A DNA stretch of 35,395 nt from a virus. Its lineage: Duplodnaviria > Caudoviricetes. Each line of letters starts with the position of its first letter. Position 1 is the stretch's first letter. Both the position numbers and the translations under genes were made by a program. The notes beneath the pieces were generated by a model, which did no database searches, had not been told where the DNA came from, and saw nothing but the letters and a program-made list of their open reading frames with translations. Below are positions 1 through 7,766 of the stretch, in pieces. The stretch lies in the IMG/VR virus record IMGVR_UViG_3300009095_000039, positions 1 through 35,395 of that record, one strand, 5' to 3'.

Positions 1-123
1 CTGGACGAGATCGGTCAGGTCTACGGCGTGACCCGGGAGCGGATCCGCCAGATCGAGTCGAAGACGATGTCCAAGCTCCGGCACCCGTCCCGGTCCCAGG
101 TGTTGCGCGACTACCTGGACTGA
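1..123 (+). CDS. sigA: 3' end of principal RNA polymerase sigma-70 factor (SigA/HrdB/RpoD), partial
   Basis: Frame 1 reads [40 protein letters not shown], the region 4.2 HTH and C-terminus typical of actinobacterial principal sigma factors. Confidence 0.93.
104..123 (+). repeat. attL core (TGCGCGACTACCTGGACTGA)
   Basis: Identical to 35273-35292; covers the last codons and stop of the sigma gene. Confidence 0.95.
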
Positions 124-138
124 GCCTTTCGCCGAGTG

Positions 139-174
139 ATGCCGCTGACCTGCGATTTTGCGGGTCAGCGGCAT
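139..174 (+). terminator. Phage-supplied hairpin downstream of sigA stop
   Basis: ATGCCGCTGACCTGC-GATTTT-GCGGGTCAGCGGCAT: 15-bp stem with one G-U pair, followed by only a short TAATCT tail. Confidence 0.7.
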
Positions 175-215
175 TAATCTAGACAAGCACAACGCTCCCA
201 GTCAAGATATCGGGC

Positions 216-1108
216 ATGTCCCCCGATGACCTTCGTGCGCTCCTGGGCTCCTGGACTCTGCACCTGCAGGCCGAGCGCAAGAGCCGCGAAACGCTCAAGA
301 CCTACACCGAGGGAGTGCGGCAGTTCCTCGCCTGGTGCGAGGGCAACGGCACTCCCCGCTGCTCGATAAGCCCACGGTGAACGCCTTCATTGCCCACCTG
401 GTCGAGTTGGGTCGCGAGGCGGCCACGGTCCGGTCACGGCAGCTATCGCTGCGTCGCTTCTCAGCGTGGTTGGCCGAAGAGGACGAGATCGATCGGGACG
501 AGCTGCTGGGGTTGAAACCGCCCAAGCTCGATCAGAAGGCGGTCAACCCCCTAACAGACGACCAGCTGCGGGATTTGATCGCGGCGTGCAAGGGCAAGGA
601 GTTCCGCGACCGCCGGGACGAGGCACTGATCCGGTTCATGGCCGAGACCATGACCCGCGCGAGCGAGACGGTCGACATGACCGTCGCCGACACTCACATC
701 GGCCGCGGTGTGGCTTTAATCACACGAGGCAAGGGCGGCAAGGGACGAATGGTGACCTTCGGGCCGCAGACCGGGCGCTGCCTTGATCGTTATCTCCGGG
801 CGCGTCGCACCCATCGGTTGGCCGAGGCGAACCAGTTCTGGCTCGGTGATCGCGGCAAGGCCTTCGGCTATTACGGCCTGTACTCCGCTCTGACCTACCG
901 GGCCGAGCTCGCCGGCATCGCTGACTTCCATCCGCATCGATTGCGTAACACTGGCGCCACGCGGTGGTTGCGCTCTGGCGGCTCCGAGGGGGGCCTGATG
1001 GCGGTCGCGGGGTGGTCGCGCCGGGACATGATCGACCGCTACACCCGGGCCACCGCCGCCGAGCGCGCCGCCGAAGAAGCGCGGTCACTCGGCCTTGGTG
1101 ACCTGTAG
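216..1108 (+). CDS. int: Tyrosine recombinase/phage integrase, frameshifted near 345-352 as sequenced
   Basis: ATG216 gives MSPDDLRALLGSWTLHLQAERKSRETLKTYTEGVRQFLAW (core-binding domain start) and stops at 380. The -1 frame continues with catalytic motifs TRASE, GKGGK, HPHRLR and GW...RY. Confidence 0.92.
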
Positions 1109-1138
1109 GGCGATCACCTGGCCATTTCGCGGACCGGT

Positions 1139-1172
1139 CCGGGCGGGCAACGCCGAGGCCGCGCCCGCCCGG
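1139..1172. terminator. Hairpin between the convergent integrase and membrane-protein genes
   Basis: CCGGGCGGGC...GCCCGCCCGG inverted repeat. Confidence 0.5.
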
Positions 1173-1182
1173 GCGTCGGTGA

Positions 1183-1938
1183 TCAGCGAGGCACCAGCTC
1201 GCTGACAGCGGAGAGGCACGCACTCAGGTCGACGGCGGGATCCGGGCGGACACTGAGACACCGCACCCGCTGGTGGTCCTCGTCCCGCGTTTCGGTCTCC
1301 ACGGCCGGGCTTTTCTCGCCGACGGGCGCGACTTCGACCCGCGGCGCCTCGGTCGTGGGGACGGCCGCCTTGGACGTCTCGGTGGGCCGGGAATCCTCCA
1401 CCGGGGAGGTGGCGATTCTGGGATTCGCGTGCCGGGTGGGCGCTGGGCGGTCGGGCTCGTAGCGTGCCGTTGCCGTCGCCGGGGCCACGGCGGGTTGGGG
1501 AACCGGCGACGGCGCGGTTACCGGCGGCTTGGGGTCGGCGATCGCCTCGCGCCGCCGTTCGTCGTCGAGGCCGTCGCCACCGAAGAAGGCACCGGCGGCG
1601 ATCGCGCCGATGACGAAACTGGCCAGCGTGACCGTAGCGTCCCGTCGTGTGCCCAGCGTGGAGGTGGCGGCGGCGATCAGGCCGGCCACGGCTTTCACCG
1701 GCTGGAGGTACCACGGCCGCTCTTTGGGCAGCTTGGGCCGAGGAGTGGGGATCACTGTGGTGGCGAGCTCGCCGTGGGCCTGCGCGATGATCGCGGCGGC
1801 CGTGGATTGGTGGTGGATGGCGATCGCGAGTTCCTCGTCGCGGGCAGCGAGGTCGCGGCGCAAGCGCCGGACTTGACACCGCGACACGATCAAGCAGATG
1901 AGTAACAGCGTGAACGCTGTTACTGCGGTGATTTCCAA
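1183..1938 (-). CDS. Hypothetical membrane protein with Pro/Thr-rich C-terminal half
   Basis: Two hydrophobic segments (ITAVTAFTLLLICLIV; VTLASFVIGAIAAGAFF), low-complexity P/T/A stretch, terminal Cys pair; lies between int and repressor. Confidence 0.65.
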   Translation of the reverse strand: MEITAVTAFTLLLICLIVSRCQVRRLRRDLAARDEELAIAIHHQSTAAAIIAQAHGELATTVIPTPRPKLPKERPWYLQPVKAVAGLIAAATSTLGTRRDATVTLASFVIGAIAAGAFFGGDGLDDERRREAIADPKPPVTAPSPVPQPAVAPATATARYEPDRPAPTRHANPRIATSPVEDSRPTETSKAAVPTTEAPRVEVAPVGEKSPAVETETRDEDHQRVRCLSVRPDPAVDLSACLSAVSELVPR

Positions 1939-2035
1939 GGAAGCCCCTTCGCAAAAGGACAGTTCAGGCTTTTTTGGAATATCACCTGGTCAGAAGTTTA
2001 CAAAGACCCCGCCACCATGTTACGTAACCGTGATC

Positions 2036-2455
2036 TTACCCGGTGTGACGGTTCTGGCCTGCGTGCTGCTGGCGCAGGAGTCGCAGGTGCTCGATCAGCT
2101 TGCGGCGTTCCTCGGCTGGGATCGAGTGCAGACTCCAGAGCTCGCGTTCCTCGTCGGTGTACAGCACAGGCTCGGGTTCGCCTGATGGCAGCTCGACTGG
2201 CTCGCCGCCGCGCAGGATGGCGTCGATGCTGCCCCGTTGCCAGTGCAGAGCCTGCTCCAGTGCGATCCGGGTCGTCGTGCGCATCGCGCCACCCTTGCGG
2301 ATGTCTCGCAGTGCCTGGGTGGTCACGCCTGCGCGCCGGGCGACATCGGACCACTTCAGACGTAGTTCGCCGCGCCGTTCGTCCATCCACCAGTCGAGGC
2401 TTCGCACAGTCTCGTTCGGTGCCATGCCCTCATGATTCTTGGCAAAACTTGGCAT
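2036..2455 (-). CDS. Immunity repressor-like XRE HTH protein (start 2455 or 2425)
   Basis: MDERRGELRLKWSDVARRAGVTTQALRDIRKG HTH pattern; divergent from the cro-like gene. Confidence 0.8.
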   Translation of the reverse strand: MPSFAKNHEGMAPNETVRSLDWWMDERRGELRLKWSDVARRAGVTTQALRDIRKGGAMRTTTRIALEQALHWQRGSIDAILRGGEPVELPSGEPEPVLYTDEERELWSLHSIPAEERRKLIEHLRLLRQQHAGQNRHTG

Positions 2456-2520
2456 GTCTACACCCCACTGGGGAGGACTTGTTATCGATTTTGCCTGCCC
2501 GGGTGTTACAAGCAAAATAG

Positions 2521-2537
2521 AGCAAAGTAACTTTGCT
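2521..2537. promoter_or_regulatory. Putative operator of the lysis-lysogeny switch
   Basis: AGCAAAGT-A-ACTTTGCT perfect inverted repeat in an AT-rich divergent intergenic region; related GCAAA/TTTGC half-sites at ~2442, ~2490, ~2512 and ~2563. Confidence 0.7.
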
Positions 2538-2545
2538 TATCGGGC

Positions 2546-2581
2546 CAGACACTGTGCTCTACTTTGCGTAACTTGGCTTCC
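2546..2581 (+). promoter_or_regulatory. Putative leaderless promoter for the cro-like gene
   Basis: CAGACA-N17-TAACTT followed by 7 nt and then ATG2582; no Shine-Dalgarno. Confidence 0.45.
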
Positions 2582-2827
2582 ATGAGATCAGCGACAGTGG
2601 ACGGCAAGCGCTGCCGAGAGCTACGCGAGGCTCGCGGGCTCACACAAGAACAGCTCGCCGCCCAGATCAGCACCATCTACCGGCGCGGCACCCGCCCCTC
2701 GACGCTGGCGCACATCGAGCTCGGCACCCGGCAGCCATCGGCAGGACTGTTCGATGCGCTCTGCACCACGCTGGGCGTCGCCCGCGAATCACTGCTCTGC
2801 GACCGGCACGAAGACCAGGTCGCGTAA
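2582..2827 (+). CDS. Cro-like XRE HTH regulator
   Basis: RELREARGLTQEQLAAQI...STLAHIELGTRQPS, a classic HTH_3 signature. Confidence 0.88.
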   Translation: MRSATVDGKRCRELREARGLTQEQLAAQISTIYRRGTRPSTLAHIELGTRQPSAGLFDALCTTLGVARESLLCDRHEDQVA

Positions 2828-2976
2828 TGGCCGCCACCACCAGACCAGGGCCCAAGCGCAAACCACTGGCATGCCGGAACTGCAACGGCACCGGGTCCGT
2901 CGTCGCGGGCACCGACGAACGCGGCCGACCCATTACCGAGACCTGCAACCAGTGCCAGGGGGCGGGCGAGCTATGA
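2827..2976 (+). CDS. 49-aa DnaJ-type zinc-finger miniprotein (not in ORF track)
   Basis: MAATTRPGPKRKPLACRNCNGTGSVVAGTDERGRPITETCNQCQGAGEL: two CxxCxGxG motifs; TAATG and ATGA overlaps couple it to both neighbours. Confidence 0.75.
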   Translation: MAATTRPGPKRKPLACRNCNGTGSVVAGTDERGRPITETCNQCQGAGEL

Positions 2977-3221
2977 GCACTCGCCGATCCCTGATCGCCC
3001 GCGCCGCAGCTCACGAATCGTGGGCACGCACCAGCGACCGTGGCGCCCGCACCGAGGCAGCACGACAGCGGTTCCTCGACCGCTTCGAACGCGAAGTAGA
3101 CCCCGACGGGGTGCTCGACCCGCGTGAACGCGCGACCCGTGCCGACCACGCACGCAAGGCCTATTTCACCCGGCTGGCACTGCGCTCCGCAGACGCGCGC
3201 CGCAAACGAAACCCCGCCTGA
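2973..3221 (+). CDS. Hypothetical phage protein
   Basis: MSTRRSLIARAAAHESWART...EVDPDGVLDP; ATGA overlap with the previous gene. Confidence 0.75.
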   Translation: MSTRRSLIARAAAHESWARTSDRGARTEAARQRFLDRFEREVDPDGVLDPRERATRADHARKAYFTRLALRSADARRKRNPA

Positions 3222-3223
3222 CA

Positions 3224-3271
3224 CAACAAAACGCGGGCCGCCGCTCCCCGCCAAGGAACGCGACGACCCGC
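3224..3271 (-). terminator. Minus-strand intrinsic terminator-like hairpin
   Basis: On the minus strand GCGGGTCGTCGC...GCGGCGGCCCGC pairs with G-U and is followed by GTTTTGTTGT. Confidence 0.5.
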
Positions 3272-3294
3272 TGACCACGAGAGGACAGCTCTCA

Positions 3295-3600
3295 ATGGCT
3301 GATCAAAAGCCTATCCCGCCTGAAACCGAGGTCGAACGCACTGTGGAGTCGACGACCCTCGCGGCTGCGGTGGCCGAGCTCACGAAAGCCCGCGCCCGCA
3401 CCGATTTCGACATGGTCGAGCAGGACGCCCGAGCGTGGCTCGCGCTGCCCGGCCGTGACTGCGACGGCGGCGACTGGACCGACTGCACTGAGTCCGGGGT
3501 GTGGGAGGTGCGCGGCTACATCGGCCGCAAGTTCTGCACCCGGCACGCCGCCGAACGGTTGCGGATCGCCGACCAGCTCGCGGCGGGGGTGACCCGATGA
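3295..3600 (+). CDS. Hypothetical protein, Cys/His-containing
   Basis: GAGGA SD before ATG3295; C-x7-C...CxxH. Confidence 0.65.
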   Translation: MADQKPIPPETEVERTVESTTLAAAVAELTKARARTDFDMVEQDARAWLALPGRDCDGGDWTDCTESGVWEVRGYIGRKFCTRHAAERLRIADQLAAGVTR

Positions 3601-3857
3601 CCGCCGCTGAATCCTCGCCGCTGCTGTACGGCCCGGTGATGCTGGCGTTGCTTGGCGCCCCGTGCGCGGTCTGCGCCCACCATGCGCGCTACGTCGACGG
3701 CGACCGTCGCGTGATCCACGTCGACCTGCGGTTGCGTCCCTGCCTGCTGCCCCCGAATTCCACCACCGCCGCTGTGTCCACCGACGCCCGCGAGGTCGAC
3801 GCCGACGTCCGCTGTGAGCGCCACATCGACGCCATGACCTTGGGGCACGAGGAATGA
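3597..3857 (+). CDS. Hypothetical protein
   Basis: ATGA overlaps at both ends; CAVC...H...C. Confidence 0.6.
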   Translation: MTAAESSPLLYGPVMLALLGAPCAVCAHHARYVDGDRRVIHVDLRLRPCLLPPNSTTAAVSTDAREVDADVRCERHIDAMTLGHEE

Positions 3858-4765
3858 CCCGGTTCCGCACCGCCGACTACCTCGGCACCTTCCCGTCGGG
3901 CTCGCCGGAATGGCTCGCGTTGCGCGCCGACGGTCTCGGTGGCTCGGAGATTGCTGCCGTTCTTGGTCTCTCGCCGTGGGAGTCGCGTTTCTCGTTGTGG
4001 CACCGCAAGCGCGGCGAGGCCGCGCCGCAGGCTGACAACGATGAGATGCGCGCCGGACGCTATCTCGAACCTGCCGTGGCCGCGATGTTCATTGACGCGC
4101 ACCCGGAAATGCGTGTTCGCCGCGCCGGTACCTACCGCAGTAAGGCGCGCCGGTGGCAGATCGCGAACCCCGACCGGATCATCACCGGCTCGTCGGGGCA
4201 GCGCGGGGTGCTGGAGATCAAGACCGCCCGGAATGCGGACGGCTGGGGAGAGCCCGGAACCGACGAGGTGCCGGTTTACTACCGCGCTCAGGTGCTTTGG
4301 TACCTCGACGTCCTCGGCCTGTCCCGCGCCCACATCGCCGTGCTGATCGGCGGTGTCGACTTCCGCGAGTACGCAGTCGAGTGGAACGCCGACGAGGTCG
4401 ACATTTTGCGCCAGGCAGGCGCCGAGTTCATGCGCACTGTTCGCGAGGGCGAACGCCCGAACATCGACGAGCACGGCGAGACATACCAGGTGATCCGCGA
4501 GCGTCACCCGGACATCGACGACCGCGACGTCGAGATCACCGCCGAGCAGCGCGACGCCTACCGGGCCGCCGTCGCCGCCCACAAGACCGCGGAGGCCATC
4601 AAGCGGCAGGCCGCCGCCGTCCTCGCCGACCTGATGGGCGACGCCCGTCGGGCGGTGTGCGGCGGCGAGCCGATCGCCATCCGCAAGGCGCAGCGCAAGG
4701 GCGCCTTGCCCAGTGTCACCGCTTCCCCCATTAAGACCCCGAGCCGAATCGAGGCCGCAGCATGA
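3854..4765 (+). CDS. YqaJ/lambda-exonuclease family protein (RecE-like)
   Basis: EWLALRADGLGGSEIAAVLGLSPW, G(R)YLEP, ANPDR, LEIKT and YRAQV motifs. Confidence 0.92.
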   Translation: MTRFRTADYLGTFPSGSPEWLALRADGLGGSEIAAVLGLSPWESRFSLWHRKRGEAAPQADNDEMRAGRYLEPAVAAMFIDAHPEMRVRRAGTYRSKARRWQIANPDRIITGSSGQRGVLEIKTARNADGWGEPGTDEVPVYYRAQVLWYLDVLGLSRAHIAVLIGGVDFREYAVEWNADEVDILRQAGAEFMRTVREGERPNIDEHGETYQVIRERHPDIDDRDVEITAEQRDAYRAAVAAHKTAEAIKRQAAAVLADLMGDARRAVCGGEPIAIRKAQRKGALPSVTASPIKTPSRIEAAA

Positions 4766-5631
4766 CCGCCCAGACCATCGGATCCGCTGTCGCGAAGCGC
4801 GACGAGATGCCGAGCCCGTCAAAGCTCATCGGCAACAACAAAGGCAGCCTCGCCCAGGTCATGCCGTCCCACCTGCGTGCCGACACGTGGGTGCGCATCG
4901 CGCAGGGCACGGTCCGCCGCGACCCGAAGTTGGCCGACGCCGCGAACAGCTCGCCCAACTCGTTGATGGTCGCGCTGATGGAGGCCGCGCGACTCGGCCT
5001 GGAACCGGGCACCGAGCAGTTCTATCTGACACCGCGCAAGGTCAAGGGCCGACCTGAAGTCCTCGGCATTGTCGGCTACCAAGGCTTGATCGAGCTCATG
5101 TACCGCTCGGGCGCGGTCGCGTCGGTCGTCGTTGAGGTGGTACGGGAACACGACGAGTTCGTGTGGAAGCCGGGCGCGCTCGACGACCGGGTGCCGCCTC
5201 GCTGGGAGGGGCCGCAGCAGCGTCCGTTCCACGACGCCGATTGGTTTGCTACCGAGGAACACCGCGGCGCCCTGCGCGGTGTCTACGCGTACGCCGAAAT
5301 GAACAACGGCGCGACGTCCAAGGTTGTTGTGCTCGGCCGCGACCACATCGCCCGTGCAAAGGCTTCCGCGCAGGGCGCCGACTCGACCTACTCGCCGTGG
5401 AAGACCAACGAAGAGGCGATGTGGCTCAAGACCGCCGCGCGCCGACTTTCCAAGTGGGTGCCCACCAGCACCGAAGACCGGCGGATCGTGCAGGGGATCG
5501 CCGAGCGCGCCGACCGGCCGAGCCTCACCGCCGCCGACATCGAGCCCGATCCACTGGACATCACCGACCACGCTGTCGACGCCGACCAGCCGATCGACGC
5601 CGAGCTCGTCGACGACGGGGTGCAGGCATGA
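4762..5631 (+). CDS. recT: RecT-family ssDNA annealing recombinase
   Basis: AARLGLEPG, YLTP, IVGYQGLIELMYRSG, SPW...EAMWLKT; adjacent to the exonuclease. Confidence 0.92.
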   Translation: MTAQTIGSAVAKRDEMPSPSKLIGNNKGSLAQVMPSHLRADTWVRIAQGTVRRDPKLADAANSSPNSLMVALMEAARLGLEPGTEQFYLTPRKVKGRPEVLGIVGYQGLIELMYRSGAVASVVVEVVREHDEFVWKPGALDDRVPPRWEGPQQRPFHDADWFATEEHRGALRGVYAYAEMNNGATSKVVVLGRDHIARAKASAQGADSTYSPWKTNEEAMWLKTAARRLSKWVPTSTEDRRIVQGIAERADRPSLTAADIEPDPLDITDHAVDADQPIDAELVDDGVQA

Positions 5632-5966
5632 GCGCCGCACAACTCGCGCTCGGCCTGGCTGACCGGCACGAAGGGCAGGCCGCCGCACTGGCGGCAGCCA
5701 CCGCCGGCCACCGCGACCACCGCGACCGCGCCGAAAGCGCGCTCGACGAGCTCATCGCGGCTGGCCGCCCGTTCACCGCCGACGACGTGCGCCGCCTGGC
5801 GGGCCCGCTCGACGACGCCGGACCGAACCTCCTGCCGTCGGTGATCGGCACCGCCGCATCGCGCCGGCTGATCGTGCCCGCGGGCGAGTACCGATCCACC
5901 CGCCGAAGCCGTCGAGCGTCCCGTAACCGCGTGTGGATCGCCCGGCCCGACAAGGACCACACATGA
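5628..5966 (+). CDS. Hypothetical protein, possibly winged-helix
   Basis: MSAAQLALGL...GRPFTADDVRR...RVW; ATGA coupling. Confidence 0.7.
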   Translation: MSAAQLALGLADRHEGQAAALAAATAGHRDHRDRAESALDELIAAGRPFTADDVRRLAGPLDDAGPNLLPSVIGTAASRRLIVPAGEYRSTRRSRRASRNRVWIARPDKDHT

Positions 5967-6202
5967 CGGCACCACGCACAAGGCCGATCGCCGACCGGGC
6001 CGCTTACCGGGCGTGCCTGGCCGGTGATCAGCCCGCCGAAACCCTCCAGCAGCGCCAGCGCGAACAGCTGATCGTGCAGCTACACGCCCGCGGCTGGACC
6101 GACATCGAGATCGCCGCCCACACCCGCATGTCGACCTACACCGTCGGCCGCATCTGCGACCGGCTGCACCTCACACCACAACCGCGCAAGGACATCGCAT
6201 GA
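5963..6202 (+). CDS. Small HTH DNA-binding protein
   Basis: LHARGWTDIEIAAHTRMSTYTVGRICDRL. Confidence 0.7.
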   Translation: MTAPRTRPIADRAAYRACLAGDQPAETLQQRQREQLIVQLHARGWTDIEIAAHTRMSTYTVGRICDRLHLTPQPRKDIA

Positions 6203-7205
6203 CCTGGTTCAAAGTCGACGACACGCTCGCGTTCCATCGCAAAGTCGTGCGTGCCGGTAACGCCGCGATGGGGCTGTGGGTGCGTGCCGGGGCGCACTGC
6301 TCGCAGCAGCTCACCGACGGATACGTGCCGACCGAAATCGTCGCGGTTCTCGGCACTCCCGCGCAGGCCGCCCGGCTCGTCAAAGCCGGGCTGTGGACCG
6401 AAGTCGACGGCGGGTACCAGTTCCACGATTGGGAGGCCATCAACCCGACAAGGTCCGATGTGGAGGACCGCCGCCGGGCCGACGCGGAGCGGAAAGCAAC
6501 GGCGCGCGCGGCAAAAAACCCGGAAAAAATCCAGCAGGACAACCGTACTATTTCCCCGGAAAAGTCCGCGAAAAACCAAAAAACGACCAAAAAACACCCC
6601 CTGATTTCGACAACGACGCAGGTCACGAGGGATGGTCACAGCGGACAGAGTCGGATGTGTCCGCTCTACCCGACCCGGCCCGACCCGACCCGGTATCTAC
6701 TTACGTAGATACCGCTAGCAGCAGCGCGCGTGCGCGCGCGAGCAAGCGCCGCGGCATCACCACACACGCCGAGCTCGCCGCCACTGCGGTGCAGCCAACC
6801 GCCCGGCGACTTGTGGACGCCTGGCGCAACTCCCAGCCCGAGCAGACCCGGCATCGCCCGCAGGTGATCCACCAGCTGTCCAAAGTGGCCGACGGTCTAC
6901 TGCGCGACGGCGCCGACCCTGAACTGATCCGGGCCGCGCTCGACGAGTGGGACGCCCGCGCCGATGTCCACTCCCCGAACGCGCTGCGCTGGCTCTACGA
7001 CGACGCGGTGAAGACCGCCCGCGCCACCCGCACCGGCCCCGCACCCGCCACCACGCCCGCGATCCTCGGCGACTCCCCACGCGATCAGCGCGTCGCCGAA
7101 TGGCGCCAAGCCCGCGAGCTCTACAGGGCCGCCCAAGCCGCCGCCCAATCCGCAGGCGCCGAGCCCCCCACCCTCCACGCCATCGCCGGAGGCATGACCG
7201 CATGA
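6199..7205 (+). CDS. Phage replication initiator-like protein, frameshifted in the A-tract region (~6510-6600) as sequenced
   Basis: N-terminus MTWFKVDD...AMGLWVRAG...LTDGYVP...GLW...GYQFHDW. The -1 frame continues VSALPDPARPDP...LIRAALDEW to a stop that overlaps the next ATG. Confidence 0.75.
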
Positions 7206-7741
7206 CCCGCCAGCCCACCATCACCGACGACGACATCTTCGCCCTGCTCGGTGCCGCCGCCGAATACGACGGCCGCCGGGTCGCTACCGCAGACCTCAAC
7301 ACGTGGCAGCAGGCCGCGAACCGCGCCCACTGGACCTACGACGATGCGCTCGACGCGATCCACGAGCACTACACCCACCACACGGAGTGGATTAGGCCCG
7401 CGCACATCACCCAACAAATCCGCCGTCACCGCGCCCAGCCGCCCAAAGCCGAACTGCCCGCGCTCCCTGGTGCCCACGCGCACCCCGACCACCGCGACCG
7501 CATCGCAACCTGGGCCCGTCAACAACTTCAACTCGACCGCGAAACCCGCGGCGACCGGGCCCAGCAGGCACTCACCATCACCTGCCCCACCTGTAGCGCC
7601 CCACCCGGTGACCAGTGCTGGCGAGTCCTGCCCAACGGCCAACCCTGCCGAAACGACCTCTACGGCAAACCCGTGCCGCCCGGCACCCGGCAGCAGATCA
7701 CCGACCCGCACCACCGACGCGTCCAGCTCGCCAACAACTAG
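7202..7741 (+). CDS. Putative helicase loader/inhibitor-like protein with C-terminal zinc finger
   Basis: Follows the initiator; LLGAAAEYDGR...YDDALDAIHEHY...WIRPAHI; C-terminal CPTC...C...H. Confidence 0.55.
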   Translation: MTRQPTITDDDIFALLGAAAEYDGRRVATADLNTWQQAANRAHWTYDDALDAIHEHYTHHTEWIRPAHITQQIRRHRAQPPKAELPALPGAHAHPDHRDRIATWARQQLQLDRETRGDRAQQALTITCPTCSAPPGDQCWRVLPNGQPCRNDLYGKPVPPGTRQQITDPHHRRVQLANN

Positions 7742-7766
7742 CCGCCCACCGCCAGGAGGCCACCGC

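Noticed and set aside
335-345. Track start of the integrase at GTG335
   Set aside because: It would delete the core-binding N-terminus that is encoded from ATG216 in another frame
3689-5688. Long antisense ORFs opposite recE/recT, and similar ones opposite capsid and tail genes
   Set aside because: Shadow ORFs expected from GC3-rich codon usage; no SD or recognisable motifs
6670-6692. CCCGA pentamer repeats as a standalone element
   Set aside because: They match the PDPTRPDP-type linker seen in such initiator proteins; covered under the origin finding
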